NCBI GenBank assembly: GCA_964057225.1
Contig: OZ059895.1
Location: forward strand, 11,780,001-11,844,000
DNA from: Auanema rhodensis
Lineage: Eukaryota; Animalia; Nematoda
Direction: 5' to 3'
Length of the DNA: 64,000 nucleotides
The notes below the pieces were generated by a model, which saw nothing but the letters and a program-made list of their open reading frames with translations, made no database searches and was not told the DNA's origin. Shown here one piece after another: positions 15,001-29,125 of this stretch. Position 1 is the stretch's first letter. Every line of letters starts with the position of its first letter. Position numbers and translations under genes: made by a program.

Positions 15001-18000
15001 CTATACGACGTTGAAAGTACGCCATGCCGCTGATTTTCAATTTTAACTCTTCTGTAACAAATGTTTTCAATTTCCAAGCAGTTTTACTTAGATAGCTCAA
15101 CCCAAGGCAGCAAATTATCTTCAATCTTATTTCTATCTTACAGTTATAAACCAGTAGTGAATGAACCATCATCTTACCTTCACTGTTTCTATCTATTTCG
15201 TATCAAAAGAAACATTGTTTAAACACTATACAACTGTGAAACCTTTTTTAATTTCTTGTATTTGGAGATCATAAGATTTGATATCATTGAGGGATCCAGA
15301 TAGAACGTGGAAAATTACGTAACTAACATGAAATTGGAAAAAACTATAACGAGGATAAGTATGTGAATCAATGAATATCAGATATTTTCGCTTAGGACCA
15401 TACCACGTTGAAAGTACGCCATGCCGCTGAATTTCAATTTTAACTCTTTTGTAACAAATGTTTTCAATTTTCAAGCAGTTTTACTCAGATAGCTTAACCC
15501 AAGGCAGCAAATTATCTTCAATACTATTTCTATCTTACAGTTATAAACCAATGGTTAATGAACCATCATCTTACCTTTACTGTTTCTATCTATTTTCTAT
15601 CAGAACAAATATTGTTCAAACACTATACAACTGTGAAACCTTTTTTAATTTCTTGTATTTGGAGCTCGTAAGATTTGATATCATTGAGGGATCCAGATAG
15701 AACGTGGAAAATTACGTAACTAACATGAAATTGGGAAAAAATTATAACGAGGATAAGTATGTGAAACATTGAATATCAGATATTTTCGCTTAGGACCATA
15801 CCACGTTGAAAGTACGCCATGCCGCTGATTTTCAATTTTAACTCTTCTGTAACAAATGTTTTCAATTTCCAAGCAGTTTTACTCAGATAGCTTAACCCAA
15901 GGCAGCAAATTATCTTCAATATTATTTCTATCTTACAGTTATAAACCAATAGTTATTGAACCATCATCTTACCTTTACTGTTTCTATCTATTTCCTATCA
16001 AAAGCAACTTTGTTCAAACACTATACAACTGTGGAACCTTTTTTAATTTCTTGTATTTGGAGCTCATAAAATTTGATATCATCGAGGGATCCAGATAGAA
16101 CGTGGAAAATTACATAACTAACATGAAATTGGGAAAAAATTATAACGAGGATAAGTATGTGAAACATTGAATATCAGATATTTTCGCTTAGGACTATACG
16201 ACGTTGAAAGTACGCCATGCCGCTGATTTTCAATTTTAACTCTTCTGTAACAAATGTTTTCAATTTCCAAGCAGTTTTACTTAGATAGCTCAACCCAAGG
16301 CAGCAAATTATCTTCAATCTTATTTCTATCTTACAGTTATAAACCAGTAGTGAATGAACCATCATCTTACCTTCACTGTTTCTATCTATTTCGTATCAAA
16401 AGAAACATTGTTTAAACACTATACAACTGTGAAACCTTTTTTAATTTCTTGTATTTGGAGATCATAAGATTTGATATCATTGAGGGATCCAGATAGAACG
16501 TGGAAAATTACGTAACTAACATGAAATTGGAAAAAACTATAACGAGGATAAGTATGTGAATCAATGAATATCAGATATTTTCGCTTAGGACCATACCACG
16601 TTGAAAGTACGCCATGCCGCTGAATTTCAATTTTAACTCTTTTGTAACAAATGTGTTCAATTTTCAAGCAGTTTTACTCAGATAGCTTAACCCAAGGCAG
16701 CAAATTATCTTCAATACTATTTCTATCTTACAGTTATAAACCAATGGTTAATGAACCATCATCTTACCTTTACTGTTTCTATCTATTTTCTATCAGAACA
16801 AATATTGTTCAAACACTATACAACTGTGAAACCTTTTTTAATTTCTTGTATTTGGAGCTCATAAGATTTGATATCATTGAGGGATCCAGATAGAACGTGG
16901 AAAATTACGTAACTAACATGAAATTGGGAAAAAATTATAACGAGGATAAGTATGTGAAACATTGAATATCAGATATTTTCGCTTAGGACCATACCACGTG
17001 GAAAGTACGCCATGCCGCTGATTTTCAATTTTAACTCTTCTGTAACGAATGTTTTCAATTTTCAAGCAGTTTTACTCAGATAGCTTAACCCAAGGCAGCA
17101 AATTATCTTCAATATTATTTCTATCTTACAGTTATAAACCAATAGTTATTGAACCATCATCTTACCTTTACTGTTTCTATCTATTTCCTATCAAAAGCAA
17201 CTTTGTTCAAACACTATACAACTGTGGAACCTTTTTTAATTTCTTGTATTTGGAGCTCATAAAATTTGATATCATCGAGGGATCCAGATAGAACGTGGAA
17301 AATTACATAACTAACATGAAATTGGGAAAAAATTATAACGAGGATAAGTATGTGAAACATTGAATATCAGATATTTTCGCTTAGGACTATACGACGTTGA
17401 AAGTACGCCATGCCGCTGATTTTCAATTTTAACTCTTCTGTAACAAATGTTTTCAATTTCCAAGCAGTTTTACTTAGATAGCTCAACCCAAGGCAGCAAA
17501 TTATCTTCAATCTTATTTCTATCTTACAGTTATAAACCAGTAGTGAATGAACCATCATCTTACCTTCACTGTTTCTATCTATTTCGTATCAAAAGAAACA
17601 TTGTTTAAACACTATACAACTGTGAAACCTTTTTTAATTTCTTGTATTTGGAGATCATAAGATTTGATATCATTGAGGGATCCAGATAGAACGTGGAAAA
17701 TTACGTAACTAACATGAAATTGGAAAAAACTATAACGAGGATAAGTATGTGAATCAATGAATATCAGATATTTTCGCTTAGGACCATACCACGTTGAAAG
17801 TACGCCATGCCGCTGAATTTCAATTTTAACTCTTTTGTAACAAATGTTTTCAATTTTCAAGCAGTTTTACTCAGATAGCTTAACCCAAGGCAGCAAATTA
17901 TCTTCAATACTATTTCTATCTTACAGTTATAAACCAATGGTTAATGAACCATCATCTTACCTTCACTGTTTCTATCTATTTTCTATCAGAACAAATATTG

Positions 18001-21000
18001 TTCAAACACTATACAACTGTGAAACCTTTTTTAATTTCTTGTATTTGGAGCTCATAAGATTTGATATCATTGAGGGATCCAGATAGAACGTGGAAAATTA
18101 CGTAACTAACATGAAATTGGGAAAAAATTATAACGAGGATAAGTATGTGAAACATTGAATATCAGATATTTTCGCTTAGGACCATACCACGTTGAAAGTA
18201 CGCCATGCCGCTGATTTTCAATTTCAACTCTTTTGTAACAAATGTTTTCAATTTTCAAGCAGTTTTACTCAGATAGCTTAACCCAAGGCAGCAAATTATC
18301 TTCAATACTATTTCTATCTTACAGTTATAAACCAATGGTTAATGAACCATCATCTTACCTTTACTGTTTCTATCTATTTTCTATCAGAACAAATATTGTT
18401 CAAACACTATACAACTGTGAAACCTTTTTTAATTTCTTGTATTTGGAGCTCATAAGATTTGATATCATCGAGGGATCCAGATAGAACGTGGAAAATTACG
18501 TAACTAACATGAAATTGGAAAAAACTATAACGAGGATAAGTATGTGAATCAATGAATATCAGATATTTTCGCTTAGGACCATACCACGTTGAAAGTACGC
18601 CATGCCGCTGAATTTCAATTTTAACTCTTTTGTAACAAATGTTTTCAATTTTCAAGCAGTTTTACTCAGATAGCTTAACCCAAGGCAGCAAATTATCTTC
18701 AATACTATTTCTATCTTACAGTTATAAACCAATGGTTAATGAACCATCATCTTACCTTCACTGTTTCTATCTATTTTCTATCAGAACAAATATTGTTCAA
18801 ACACTATACAACTGTGAAACCTTTTTTAATTTCTTGTATTTGGAGCTCATAAGATTTGATATCATTGAGGGATCCAGATAGAACGTGGAAAATTACGTAA
18901 CTAACATGAAATTGGGAAAAAATTATAACGAGGATAAGTATGTGAAACATTGAATATCAGATATTTTCGCTTAGGACCATACCACGTTGAAAGTACGCCA
19001 TGCCGCTGATTTTCAATTTCAACTCTTTTGTAACAAATGTTTTCAATTTTCAAGCAGTTTTACTCAGATAGCTTAACCCAAGGCAGCAAATTATCTTCAA
19101 TACTATTTCTATCTTACAGTTATAAACCAATGGTTAATGAACCATCATCTTACCTTTACTGTTTCTATCTATTTTCTATCAGAACAAATATTGTTCAAAC
19201 ACTATACAACTGTGAAACCTTTTTTAATTTCTTGTATTTGGAGCTCATAAGATTTGATATCATCGAGGGATCCAGATAGAACGTGGAAAATTACATAACT
19301 AACTTGAAATTGGGAAAAATTATAACGAGGATAAGTATGTGAAACATTGAATATCAGATATTTTCGCTTAGGACCATACCACGTTGAAAGTACGCCATGC
19401 CGCTGATTCTCAATTTTAACTCTTTTGTAACAAATGTTTTCAATTTTCAAGCAGTTTTACTCAGATAGCTTAACCCAAGGCAGCAAATTATCTTCAATCT
19501 TATTTCTCTCTTACAGTTATTAACCAGTAGTGAATGAACCATCATCTTACCTTCACTGTTTCTATCTATTTTCTATCAAAAGAAACATTGTTTAAACACT
19601 ATACAACTGTGAAACCTTTTTTAATTTCTTGTATTTAGAGCTCATAAGATTTGATATCATCGAGGGATCCAGATAGAACGTGGAAAATTACATAACTAAC
19701 ATGAAATTGGGAAAAAATTATAACGAGGATAAGTATGTGAATCAATGAATATCAGATATTTTCGCTTAGGACCATACGACGTTGAAAGTACGCCATGCCG
19801 CTGATTTTTAATTTTATATCTTCTGTAACAAATGTTTTCAATTTCCAAGCAGTTTTACTTAGATAGCTCAACCCAAGGCAGCAAATTATCTTCAATCTTA
19901 TTTCTATCTTACAGTTATAAACCAGTATTGAATGAACCATCATCTTACTTTCACTGTTTCTATCTATTTCCTATCAAAAGAAACATTGTTTAAACACTAT
20001 ACAACTGTGAAACCTTTTTTAATTTCTTGTATTTGGAGATCATAAGATTTGATATCATTGAGGGATCCAGATAGAACGTGGAAAATTACGTAACTAACAT
20101 GAAATTGGAAAAAACTATAACGAGGATAAGTATGTGAAACATTGAATATCAGATATTTTCGCTTAGGACTATACGACGTTGAAAGTACGCCATGCCGCTG
20201 ATTTTCAATTTCAACTCTTTTGTAACAAATGTTTTCAATTTTCAAGCAGTTTTACTCAGATAGCTTAACCCAAGGCAGCAAATTATCTTCAATACTATTT
20301 CTATCTTACAGTTATAAACCAGTAGTGAATGAACCATCATCTTACCTTCACTGTTTCTATCTATTTTCTATCAAAAGAAACATTGTTTAAACACTATACA
20401 ACTGTGAAACCTTTTTTAATTTCTTGTATTTGGAGCTCATAAGATTTGATATCATCGAGGGATCCAGATAGAACGTGGAAAATTACATAACTAACATGAA
20501 ATTGGGAAAAAATTATAACGAGGATAAGTATGTGAATCAATGAATATCAGATATTTTCGCTTAGGACCATACCACGTTGAAAGTACGCCATGCCGCTGAA
20601 TTTCAATTTTAACTCTTTTGTAACAAATGTTTTCAATTTTCAAGCAGTTTTACTCAGATAGCTTAACCCAAGGCAGCAAATTATCTTCAATATTATTTCT
20701 ATCTTACAGTTATAAACCAATAGTTATTGAACCATCATCTTACCTTTACTGTTTCTATCTATTTCCTATCGAAGTCAACTTTGTTCAAACACTATACAAC
20801 TGTGAAACCTTTTTTAATTTCTTGTATTTGGAGCTCATAAGATTTGATATCATCGAGGGATCCAGATAGAACGTGGAAAATTACATAACTAACATGAAAT
20901 TGGGAAAAAATTATAACGAGGATAAGTATGTGAATCAATGAATATCAGATATTTTCGCTTAGGACCATACGACGTTGAAAGTACGCCATGCCGCTGATTT

Positions 21001-24000
21001 TTAATTTTATATCTTCTGTAACAAATGTTTTCAATTTCCAAGCAGTTTTACTTAGATAGCTCAACCCAAGGCAGCAAATTATCTTCAATCTTATTTCTAT
21101 CTTACAGTTATAAACCAGTATTGAATGAACCATCATCTTACTTTCACTGTTTCTATCTATTTCCTATCAAAAGAAACATTGTTTAAACACTATACAACTG
21201 TGAAACCTTTTTTAATTTCTTGTATTTGGAGATCATAAGATTTGATATCATTGAGGGATCCAGATAGAACGTGGAAAATTACGTAACTAACATGAAATTG
21301 GAAAAAACTATAACGAGGATAAGTATGTGAAACATTGAATATCAGATATTTTCGCTTAGGACTATACGACGTTGAAAGTACGCCATGCCGCTGATTTTCA
21401 ATTTCAACTCTTTTGTAACAAATGTTTTCAATTTTCAAGCAGTTTTACTCAGATAGCTTAACCCAAGGCAGCAAATTATCTTCAATACTATTTCTATCTT
21501 ACAGTTATAAACCAGTAGTGAATGAACCATCATCTTACCTTCACTGTTTCTATCTATTTTCTATCAAAAGAAACATTGTTTAAACACTATACAACTGTGA
21601 AACCTTTTTTAATTTCTTGTATTTGGAGCTCATAAGATTTGATATCATCGAGGGATCCAGATAGAACGTGGAAAATTACATAACTAACATGAAATTGGGA
21701 AAAAATTATAACGAGGATAAGTATGTGAATCAATGAATATCAGATATTTTCGCTTAGGACCATACCACGTTGAAAGTACGCCATGCCGCTGAATTTCAAT
21801 TTTAACTCTTTTGTAACAAATGTTTTCAATTTTCAAGCAGTTTTACTCAGATAGCTTAACCCAAGGCAGCAAATTATCTTCAATATTATTTCTATCTTAC
21901 AGTTATAAACCAATAGTTATTGAACCATCATCTTACCTTTACTGTTTCTATCTATTTCCTATCGAAGTCAACTTTGTTCAAACACTATACAACTGTGAAA
22001 CCTTTTTTAATTTCTTGTATTTGGAGCTCATAAGATTTGATATCATCGAGGGATCCAGATAGAACGTGGAAAATTACATAACTAACTTGAAATTGGGAAA
22101 AATTATAACGAGGATAAGTATGTGAAACATTGAATATCAGATATTTTCGCTTAGGACCATACCACGTTGAAAGTACGCCATGCCGCTGATTTTCAATTTT
22201 AACTCTTCTGTAACAAATGTTTTCAATTTCCAAGCAGTTTTACTTAGATAGCTCAACCCAAGGCAGCAAATTATCTTCAATCTTATTTCTCTCTTACAGT
22301 TATAAACCAGTAGTGAATGAACCATCATCTTACCTTCACTGTTTCTATCTATTTTCTATCAAAAGAAACATTGTTTAAACACTATACAACTGTGAAACCT
22401 TTTTTAATTTCTTGTATTTAGAGCTCATAAGATTTGATATCATCGAGGGATCCAGATAGAACGTGGAAAATTACATAACTAACATGAAATTGGGAAAAAA
22501 TTATAACGAGGATAAGTATGTGAAACATTGAATATCAGATATTTTCGCTTAGGACCATACGACGTTGAAAGTACGCCATGCCGCTGATTTTTAATTTTAT
22601 ATCTTCTGTAACAAATGTTTTCAATTTCCAAGCAGTTTTACTTAGATAGCTCAACCCAAGGCAGCAAATTATCTTCAATCTTATTTCTATCTTACAGTTA
22701 TAAACCAGTATTGAATGAACCATCATCTCACTTTCACTGTTTCTATCTATTTCCTATCGAAGTCAACTTTGTTCAAACACTATACAACTGTGAAACCTTT
22801 TTTAATTTCTTGTATTTGGAGCTCATAAGATTTGATATCATCGAGGGATCCAGATAGAACGTGGAAAATTACGTAACTAACATGAAATTGGAAAAAACTA
22901 TAACGAGGATAAGTATGTGAAACATTGAATATCAGATATTTTCGCTTAGGACCATACCACGTGGAAAGTACGCCATGCCGCTGAATTTCAATTTTAACTT
23001 TTTTGTAACAAATGTTTTCAATTTTCAAGCAGTTTTACTCAGATAGCTTAACCCAAGGCAGCAAATTATCTTCAATATTATTTCTATCTTACAGTTATAA
23101 ACCAATAGTTAATGAACCATCATCTTACCTTTACTGTTTCTATCTATTTCGTATCAAAAGAAACATTGTTTAAACACTATACAACTGTGAAACCTTTTTT
23201 AATTTCTTGTATTTGGAGATCATAAGATTTGATATCATTGAGGGATCCAGATAGAACGTGGAAAATTACGTAACTAACATGAAATTGGAAAAAACTATAA
23301 CGAGGATAAGTATGTGAATCAATGAATATCAGATATTTTCGCTTAGGACCATACCACGTTGAAAGTACGCCATGCCGCTGAATTTCAATTTTAACTCTTT
23401 TGTAACAAATGTTTTCAATTTTCAAGCAGTTTTACTCAGATAGCTTAACCCAAGGCAGCAAATTATCTTCAATATTATTTCTATCTTACAGTTATAAACC
23501 AATGGTTAATGAACCATCATCTTACCTTTACTGTTTCTATCTTTTTCCTATCGAAAGCAACTTTGTTCAAACACTATACAACTGTGAAACCTTTTTTAAT
23601 TTCTTGTATTTGGAGCTCATAAGATTTGATATCATTGAGGGATCCAGATAGAACGTGGAAAATTACGTAACTAACATGAAATTGGGAAAAAATTATAACG
23701 AGGATAAGTATGTGAAACATTGAATATCAGATATTTTCGCTTAGGACCATACCACGTTGAAAGTACGCCATGCCGCTGATTTTCAATTTTAACTCTTTTG
23801 TAACAAATGTTTTCAATTTTCAAGCAGTTTTACTCAGATAGCTTAACCCAAGGCAGCAAATTATCTTCAATATTATTTCTATCTTACAGTTGTAAACCAG
23901 TAGTGAATGAACCATCATCTTACCTTCACTGTTTGTATCTATTTCCTATCAAAAGCAACTTTGTTCAAACACTATACAACTGTGAAACCTTTTTTAATTT

Positions 24001-24491
24001 CTTGTATTTGGAGCTCATAAGATTTGATATCATTGAGGGATCCAGATAGAACGTGGAAAATTACGTAACTAACATGAAATTGGGAAAAAATTATAACGAG
24101 GATAAGTATGTGAAACATTGAATATCAGATATTTTCGCTTAGGACCATACCACGTTGAAAGTACGCCATGCCGCTGATTTTCAATTTTAACTCTTTTGTA
24201 ACAAATGTTTTCAATTTTCAAGCAGTTTTACTCAGATAGCTTAACCCAAGGCAGCAAATTATCTTCAATATTATTTCTATCTTACAGTTATAAACCAGTA
24301 GTGATTGAACCATCATCTTACCTTCACTGTTTCTATCTATTTCGTATCAAAAGAAACATTGTTTAAACACTATACAACTGTGAAACCTTTTTTAATTTCT
24401 CGTATTTGGAGATCATAAGATTTGATATCATTGAGGGATCCAGATAGAACGTGGAAAATTACGTAACTAACATGAAATTGGAGAAAACTAT
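1..24491. repeat. Tandem satellite 1, 397-398 bp monomer, about 61 copies, runs off the left window edge
   Basis: GGATCC, GATATC and the block ccaaggcagcaaattatcttcaa recur every 397/398 bp. The ORF track repeats the same short spurious ORFs at this period. The array stops abruptly at ...gagaaaactat (24491). Confidence 0.99.
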
Positions 24492-25280
24492 TGTCATGGG
24501 GTAGTGTATTCGATCCTTTGCGAGTTTATCTTCTATAGCCAATAGCTAATCAAGCGTTTAGATCAAACTCTTGAATGAGCAAATGTACATCGCTGATATC
24601 TACTTTCAAATTTGGAAACTCCTCCTTTAATGTAGTATCCTTGTTTTCATTATTCCAGCCTAGAGTGTCAATTAAAAAGTTATCACGGTTTGGATATGCA
24701 GTTAGCTCCATTTTTGAATAGTTTACAAACAGTCGCTCTTGATTAAATAGGTCCATACTGACGGGAGCAGCCATCTCACACAATATGCCATTTTTTACAA
24801 GCGCTTGACGCGTTCTAATTATCTATAAGCATTATCTATATATCTATCAGCATAATAGCCTGATATGGCAAGTTTGCTCTCTTTAACATCGTTGCTATAC
24901 ATTAAAATATTCTCGATATATGTTTTATAGACATGATTCACGGTAGAGTCATACACGCTAACATCACCAATTTTCAAATGATGTATTAAACTGGCAGCAA
25001 ATTGTTGACATGGTGCAAAAACAAAGTTGTCTGGTACTGGATCACCGTTTGTGGTTACAATTTTAAATTTTACATTCAACCAACATCTTCTCAGATTGAG
25101 GAATGATTTGGAATTTTGAGCTATAACAAATTCCCATGGTCCTTGAGGAAGAAAAGTATTTTTCAAAGGGACTTGTACAGTACGAGTGGATTCAACACCT
25201 AATGCCGACGCTGGTATATCACCATAGTTGATATTAGGTAAAAGGGCTTGTGCTGATTTTGAATCTATCAATTCAGCCAT
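24492..25280 (-). pseudogene. Maverick major capsid protein, 5' part (left-arm copy), truncated at the satellite junction
   Basis: Mirror of 32844-33632. It shares the internal TAA and the frameshift and has an extra TGA (DLNA*). Confidence 0.9.
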
Positions 25281-25733
25281 TTAAATGTGAAACGACCGCT
25301 CACGAGTGATGCACAACCGCTTATGAGGTTTTGTGGTTTTGCGTCGTCGCCGTTTGCCCAAGCCGGTAAGATCTCGTATAGCTTGCCGGCTGGCTGTTTT
25401 AAGAGTTTCCTTGATATTATCGCCTTTCAGCACCCCATCGACAATTTCATCACCAGTTTTCAGCAACTGTCCGCCAAGAGGTGAATTTACTACTGGACTA
25501 TTGCTTACAGCACTGGATAAGGCGTTTCTTCCGGCATTGATGAGATTTTGGGCTATAGGTGATTGAATGATGCGTGGTAGAAATGATGCCAAAGTTGCCA
25601 AAATACCACCCAAACCATGACCCCTCTGCATGCCACGTTGAAACATCATTCCGCTAAATGGGGCGCCACCCATTTGTTGATTTAAAAGTGTTGTCCCTTG
25701 AATAGAGTTGACATCCAAAAGGAGGTGCGGCAT
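25281..25733 (-). CDS. Maverick Gly-rich/basic core protein, protein-VI-like (left-arm copy)
   Basis: Mirror of 32391-32843, one amino-acid difference (RERSFHI vs RERLFHI). Confidence 0.75.
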   Translation of the reverse strand: MPHLLLDVNSIQGTTLLNQQMGGAPFSGMMFQRGMQRGHGLGGILATLASFLPRIIQSPIAQNLINAGRNALSSAVSNSPVVNSPLGGQLLKTGDEIVDGVLKGDNIKETLKTASRQAIRDLTGLGKRRRRKTTKPHKRLCITRERSFHI

Positions 25734-25784
25734 ATCGAACCGCACGCGCGCAATACAAAAGTTACACTAGATCATTCTACTAAA

Positions 25785-26135
25785 ATGTATTCGTCTGAAA
25801 TAGTATCACTATTGCAATCTGTCCCCAGCACTCGGAAACTATTCCTCGGTGTATATAGCGCTGATACTCTACCCAAAACGCGTCGTAAAAACTTTGCACT
25901 AGTCGTAAATACTGACACACATGATAAGCCAGGCACACATTGGCAGGTCATCTTTGTACGTAACAAGCAAGCCTATTTTTTCTGTAGCTTGGGATATAAA
26001 ATGAACAAGTACATTCAAAATTATCTGGCCAAATATAAAAAGGTAAAAATTAATACTTGCAAACCACAACGTTTAATTGAATACACTTGTGGTGGCTATG
26101 TGGTATTTGTTATACTAATGTTGTTCATTTTTTAA
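25785..26135 (+). pseudogene. Maverick adenain-like cysteine protease (left-arm copy)
   Basis: Protein identical to 31989-32339. Confidence 0.85.
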
Positions 26136-26252
26136 ACTATTGAAAAATGATGATGTCTTTATTAAAGCGTTTATGCATAAAGTATTCGACTATAAATTGG
26201 CTACTATATAAGAAATTTGTCATTAATAACCTGCTACATTACGTGGTCAGTT

Positions 26253-26423
26253 ATGAATATTCCTTGTCACTGTGAATTATGTGTCAAAGACACGTTGGAG
26301 CAATCTAAACCAGCGCCTTTATACAGGAGAATGTTGAAATGTATTTCAGTGCCATTTATTAAAGGTATAGCATTGGGATTGGGCTTTTGTACAACACTAG
26401 TCATATTATTGCTCATTATATAA
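26253..26423 (+). CDS. Small Cys-rich, C-terminally hydrophobic protein (left-arm copy)
   Basis: MNIPCHCELC...IALGLGFCTTLVILLLII; mirror of 31701-31871. Confidence 0.45.
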   Translation: MNIPCHCELCVKDTLEQSKPAPLYRRMLKCISVPFIKGIALGLGFCTTLVILLLII

Positions 26424-26464
26424 AAGTGGGTTGATTGCGTGTGGTCGTTTTTCATTTTCCTCTA

Positions 26465-26925
26465 ATGGAACTTTTATGTAACAAATATTGTGGTACATGC
26501 AAGGAAATATTTTCTTCAACCAAGCATTTTAGTGATCACGTTTTGAAAAGGCATGCATTTAACCCGTATGTAACAATTATATCAGCAATGCTGACTTTAT
26601 TCAAAAATATGGACATTTGGATGGTGTTCGTAGACGTTTGTGCCCTCATTGTAGTGAAACTTTTGGAACAAGATTCAATTGTGAGCGTCATATTCGGCGT
26701 ATTCATAATAATAATGGAACGAATGGTGAAGATGGTGATGGAAATGATACCAGCAAACCCTTTGAAAAAGCTGAGGAGTTTGTACATTCAACCCAATCAA
26801 AAAGATGCCGCAGCAATAGTGACGGAGAACATTCACAACACGAGCCGAGCGACAAACAAAACTGCTCTAAACTATCTTTTAAACCATCGAAAATAAAAAT
26901 GTGGTATTGTATAACTGTTGAATAA
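26465..26925 (+). pseudogene. C2H2 zinc-finger protein, frameshifted (left-arm copy)
   Basis: Mirror of 31199-31659. Confidence 0.65.
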
Positions 26926-26930
26926 AACGT

Positions 26931-27788
26931 TTATTTCATATTTTTAACATGTAATGTAACAACTGTAGAACCATAATTAAATTGCATAGGACGACCAAAT
27001 TCATCTAAAATTTCAATACGTATGGTATCGAGTGTTTGTCTAGTGATTGGTACATAACGAATAGGATTAAATGTTTTGGCAATCATTTTACCAAATTCAG
27101 TAGAAGGTGGTACAGGTAAACATGTAAGTAAATTAGCTTTCACGCTACCAAGAATGGAATATTCTACAATATCACAATATATATACATTGTATTAATGTT
27201 ATTTAAAAAATCAATGGGACGCCTGGCTATTATTGTATCGTTGATGTTTTTATTTTCAAAACCAAGGAAATATGCAAAATCATCACCAAGCGTTGCATTC
27301 ATTAATAGTCGCTTGCTTGTTACAAATTCTATGCGCTGCAATGTTTTGTTAAACTGAAATGTGGCGTCTGCGAGCATTTCCTCAACTAGCTTAGCCTCAG
27401 CCTGGCGATTATTATACCATTTTTTTACATCTTCATCTTTATCTATTAAACCCTTTATACGTGCTTTTTCCTCAGCTCCAAGAGGCTTTGTATTGTTGGC
27501 GATAAATGATTCTCTTCCAGCATTGATTCCGCGTATTCTTTCATCACCATTTGCATAGTTGCCTTTAGACAAGTGCAGAATAAACTTTCTGTTGGAAAAA
27601 CGTAGTGTATAAGATAAATCTTTTTGAAAATTTAATATAGAACAAGGAAAAATGATGTCTGTCAGCCCAATACAATATCTATTATTGCGTAGCCTTAGTG
27701 TTTCAGGTAATCTGGTAAGAAACACTGATGATGTATTACTTTTTTCAGAGTCAACTGATGATGGAAGAGTAATGTAAAAATCATCCAT
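26931..27788 (-). CDS. Maverick minor capsid (penton) protein, intact (left-arm copy)
   Basis: 285 aa, identical to 30336-31193. Confidence 0.88.
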   Translation of the reverse strand: MDDFYITLPSSVDSEKSNTSSVFLTRLPETLRLRNNRYCIGLTDIIFPCSILNFQKDLSYTLRFSNRKFILHLSKGNYANGDERIRGINAGRESFIANNTKPLGAEEKARIKGLIDKDEDVKKWYNNRQAEAKLVEEMLADATFQFNKTLQRIEFVTSKRLLMNATLGDDFAYFLGFENKNINDTIIARRPIDFLNNINTMYIYCDIVEYSILGSVKANLLTCLPVPPSTEFGKMIAKTFNPIRYVPITRQTLDTIRIEILDEFGRPMQFNYGSTVVTLHVKNMK

Positions 27789-27867
27789 GACAAACCACCA
27801 CTTGATACGTGTACACTATTGCAAATGAAATCATTTGCATTTTAGGTACATTTACGAGTGGTTGATT

Positions 27868-28210
27868 ATGGTTTTCAGCTTCAAACTACCCAGTCAGACA
27901 ACTGTAATAGGTGCTACCCAATGCGGTAAAAAAACCCTAAAAGCATATATGTGAAAATACTGAAAAGTTTTTCAACGTTCCCATTGATAGAATTTTCTGG
28001 TTCAGTCAATGTGGGTCATCGTCAGGTGTACCAATAAATGATGAGCGTTTAATAATTATTCAAGGGCCCCCTGATCCTGATTTAATAAAAGAACAAAAGG
28101 GAATAAATACTATACTAGTGCTGGATGATTTGATGAACTTTTTTTCATCGAATAAAGCAGCAAAGGAATTACTCAACAACATTTTTACAGTATGGGCTGG
28201 AAAAGGCTAA
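27868..28210 (+). pseudogene. Maverick packaging ATPase, truncated and additionally frameshifted (left-arm copy)
   Basis: Mirror of 29912-30256 with a 2-bp loss just after Walker A (ccctaaaagc vs ccctcataaagc). Confidence 0.85.
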
Positions 28211-28288
28211 ATCATTATTGGCAACGCTTTCACACAAACAATTGAAAACAATAGTTACATGTGGTTTTGCCTATTTTGGTTTTAAATC

Positions 28289-28693
28289 ATGAAGCTCAAC
28301 CATAAATATCGACTAATTCCTGTCGACGAGGAAACAATTAATATAGACAAGTTTGATGCAGAATTGAAGCTTTTACGAGAAAATAGAGCTATACCCGATT
28401 ATAAAAAGGCTGAACTATACGAAGACTTGATTGCTCGTCTCAAAAACTATAGAGAAAGTATAGATGCGCCCATATCAGTACAAGTGGAAAATCCTGATCC
28501 ACCTCTATTGCCAGAATACAAGTTGCCAAGAAAGTATAACAATTTGTGAGAGAAATTTCCAGAGGTGCGCACAAACAAGAGTAATCAACTTGTGATTAAT
28601 AATGAGGCTGTACCAAACACCGATATTACAAAAATTTTAGATTTCGTATTGGATAAAACAAAAACGGAGCCCAATGGATTTTCAGTCTTGTCA
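28289..28693 (+). pseudogene. 5' part of the Maverick gene that precedes the integrase (left-arm copy)
   Basis: Mirror of 29429-29833, with the same in-frame TGA at 28547-28549. Confidence 0.7.
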
Positions 28694-29125
28694 TGACTAT
28701 TATAAAACTCTGTGCGATTATCAGTAATCAACTGAATAGGTATAAAATTCTTGAATAAATTTTCAAATGCACTAGCAACCTCTATACCACCTTTAGTTTT
28801 CAAAGGCCTAACATATAACATGCGTGTATAAACATCAATCATGGTCAACATGTAAGCATAGCCGTCGTTTAATTTTTTATATTTTTGCATATCAACCAAT
28901 TCTGCTTGCACTGTTAGAAATCGACCACATCCTCTAGTCTTTCTAGTCTGCATACGCATTCTGGTTGGTTTATGCCGTGTAAAAGTTTCAGAATCTTGCA
29001 AAAAATCATCAACTTGTACCTTTGAAATGCCATGTTTTCGTGCTTGCGAAAATAAATTCTTGGCTGATGTATATGAAGCTGGATGTTTTATATCGTAATA
29101 AATGCTCGCCAAAATATCATTTCCA
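28694..29125 (-). pseudogene. Maverick retroviral-like (rve) integrase, 3'-truncated by the fold-back junction
   Basis: ILASIYYDIKHPASY N-terminus, VQAELVDM (QxD motif, D>E), YMLTMIDVYTR, LITDNRTEFYN (DNG motif, G>R). The frame runs into the inverted arm before the catalytic Glu. Confidence 0.92.

Noticed and set aside
202-24049. Dozens of 63-93 aa ORFs repeated through satellite 1
   Set aside because: They are by-products of the repeat: they open and close with single-base monomer variants on both strands and have no recognisable domain.
1-24491. Satellite 1 as a spliced-leader/5S RNA array or piRNA (CTGTTTCA) cluster
   Set aside because: Only short partial resemblances (ttaacccaag, ctgtttct). 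There is no full SL exon with donor and Sm site, and no 5S sequence.
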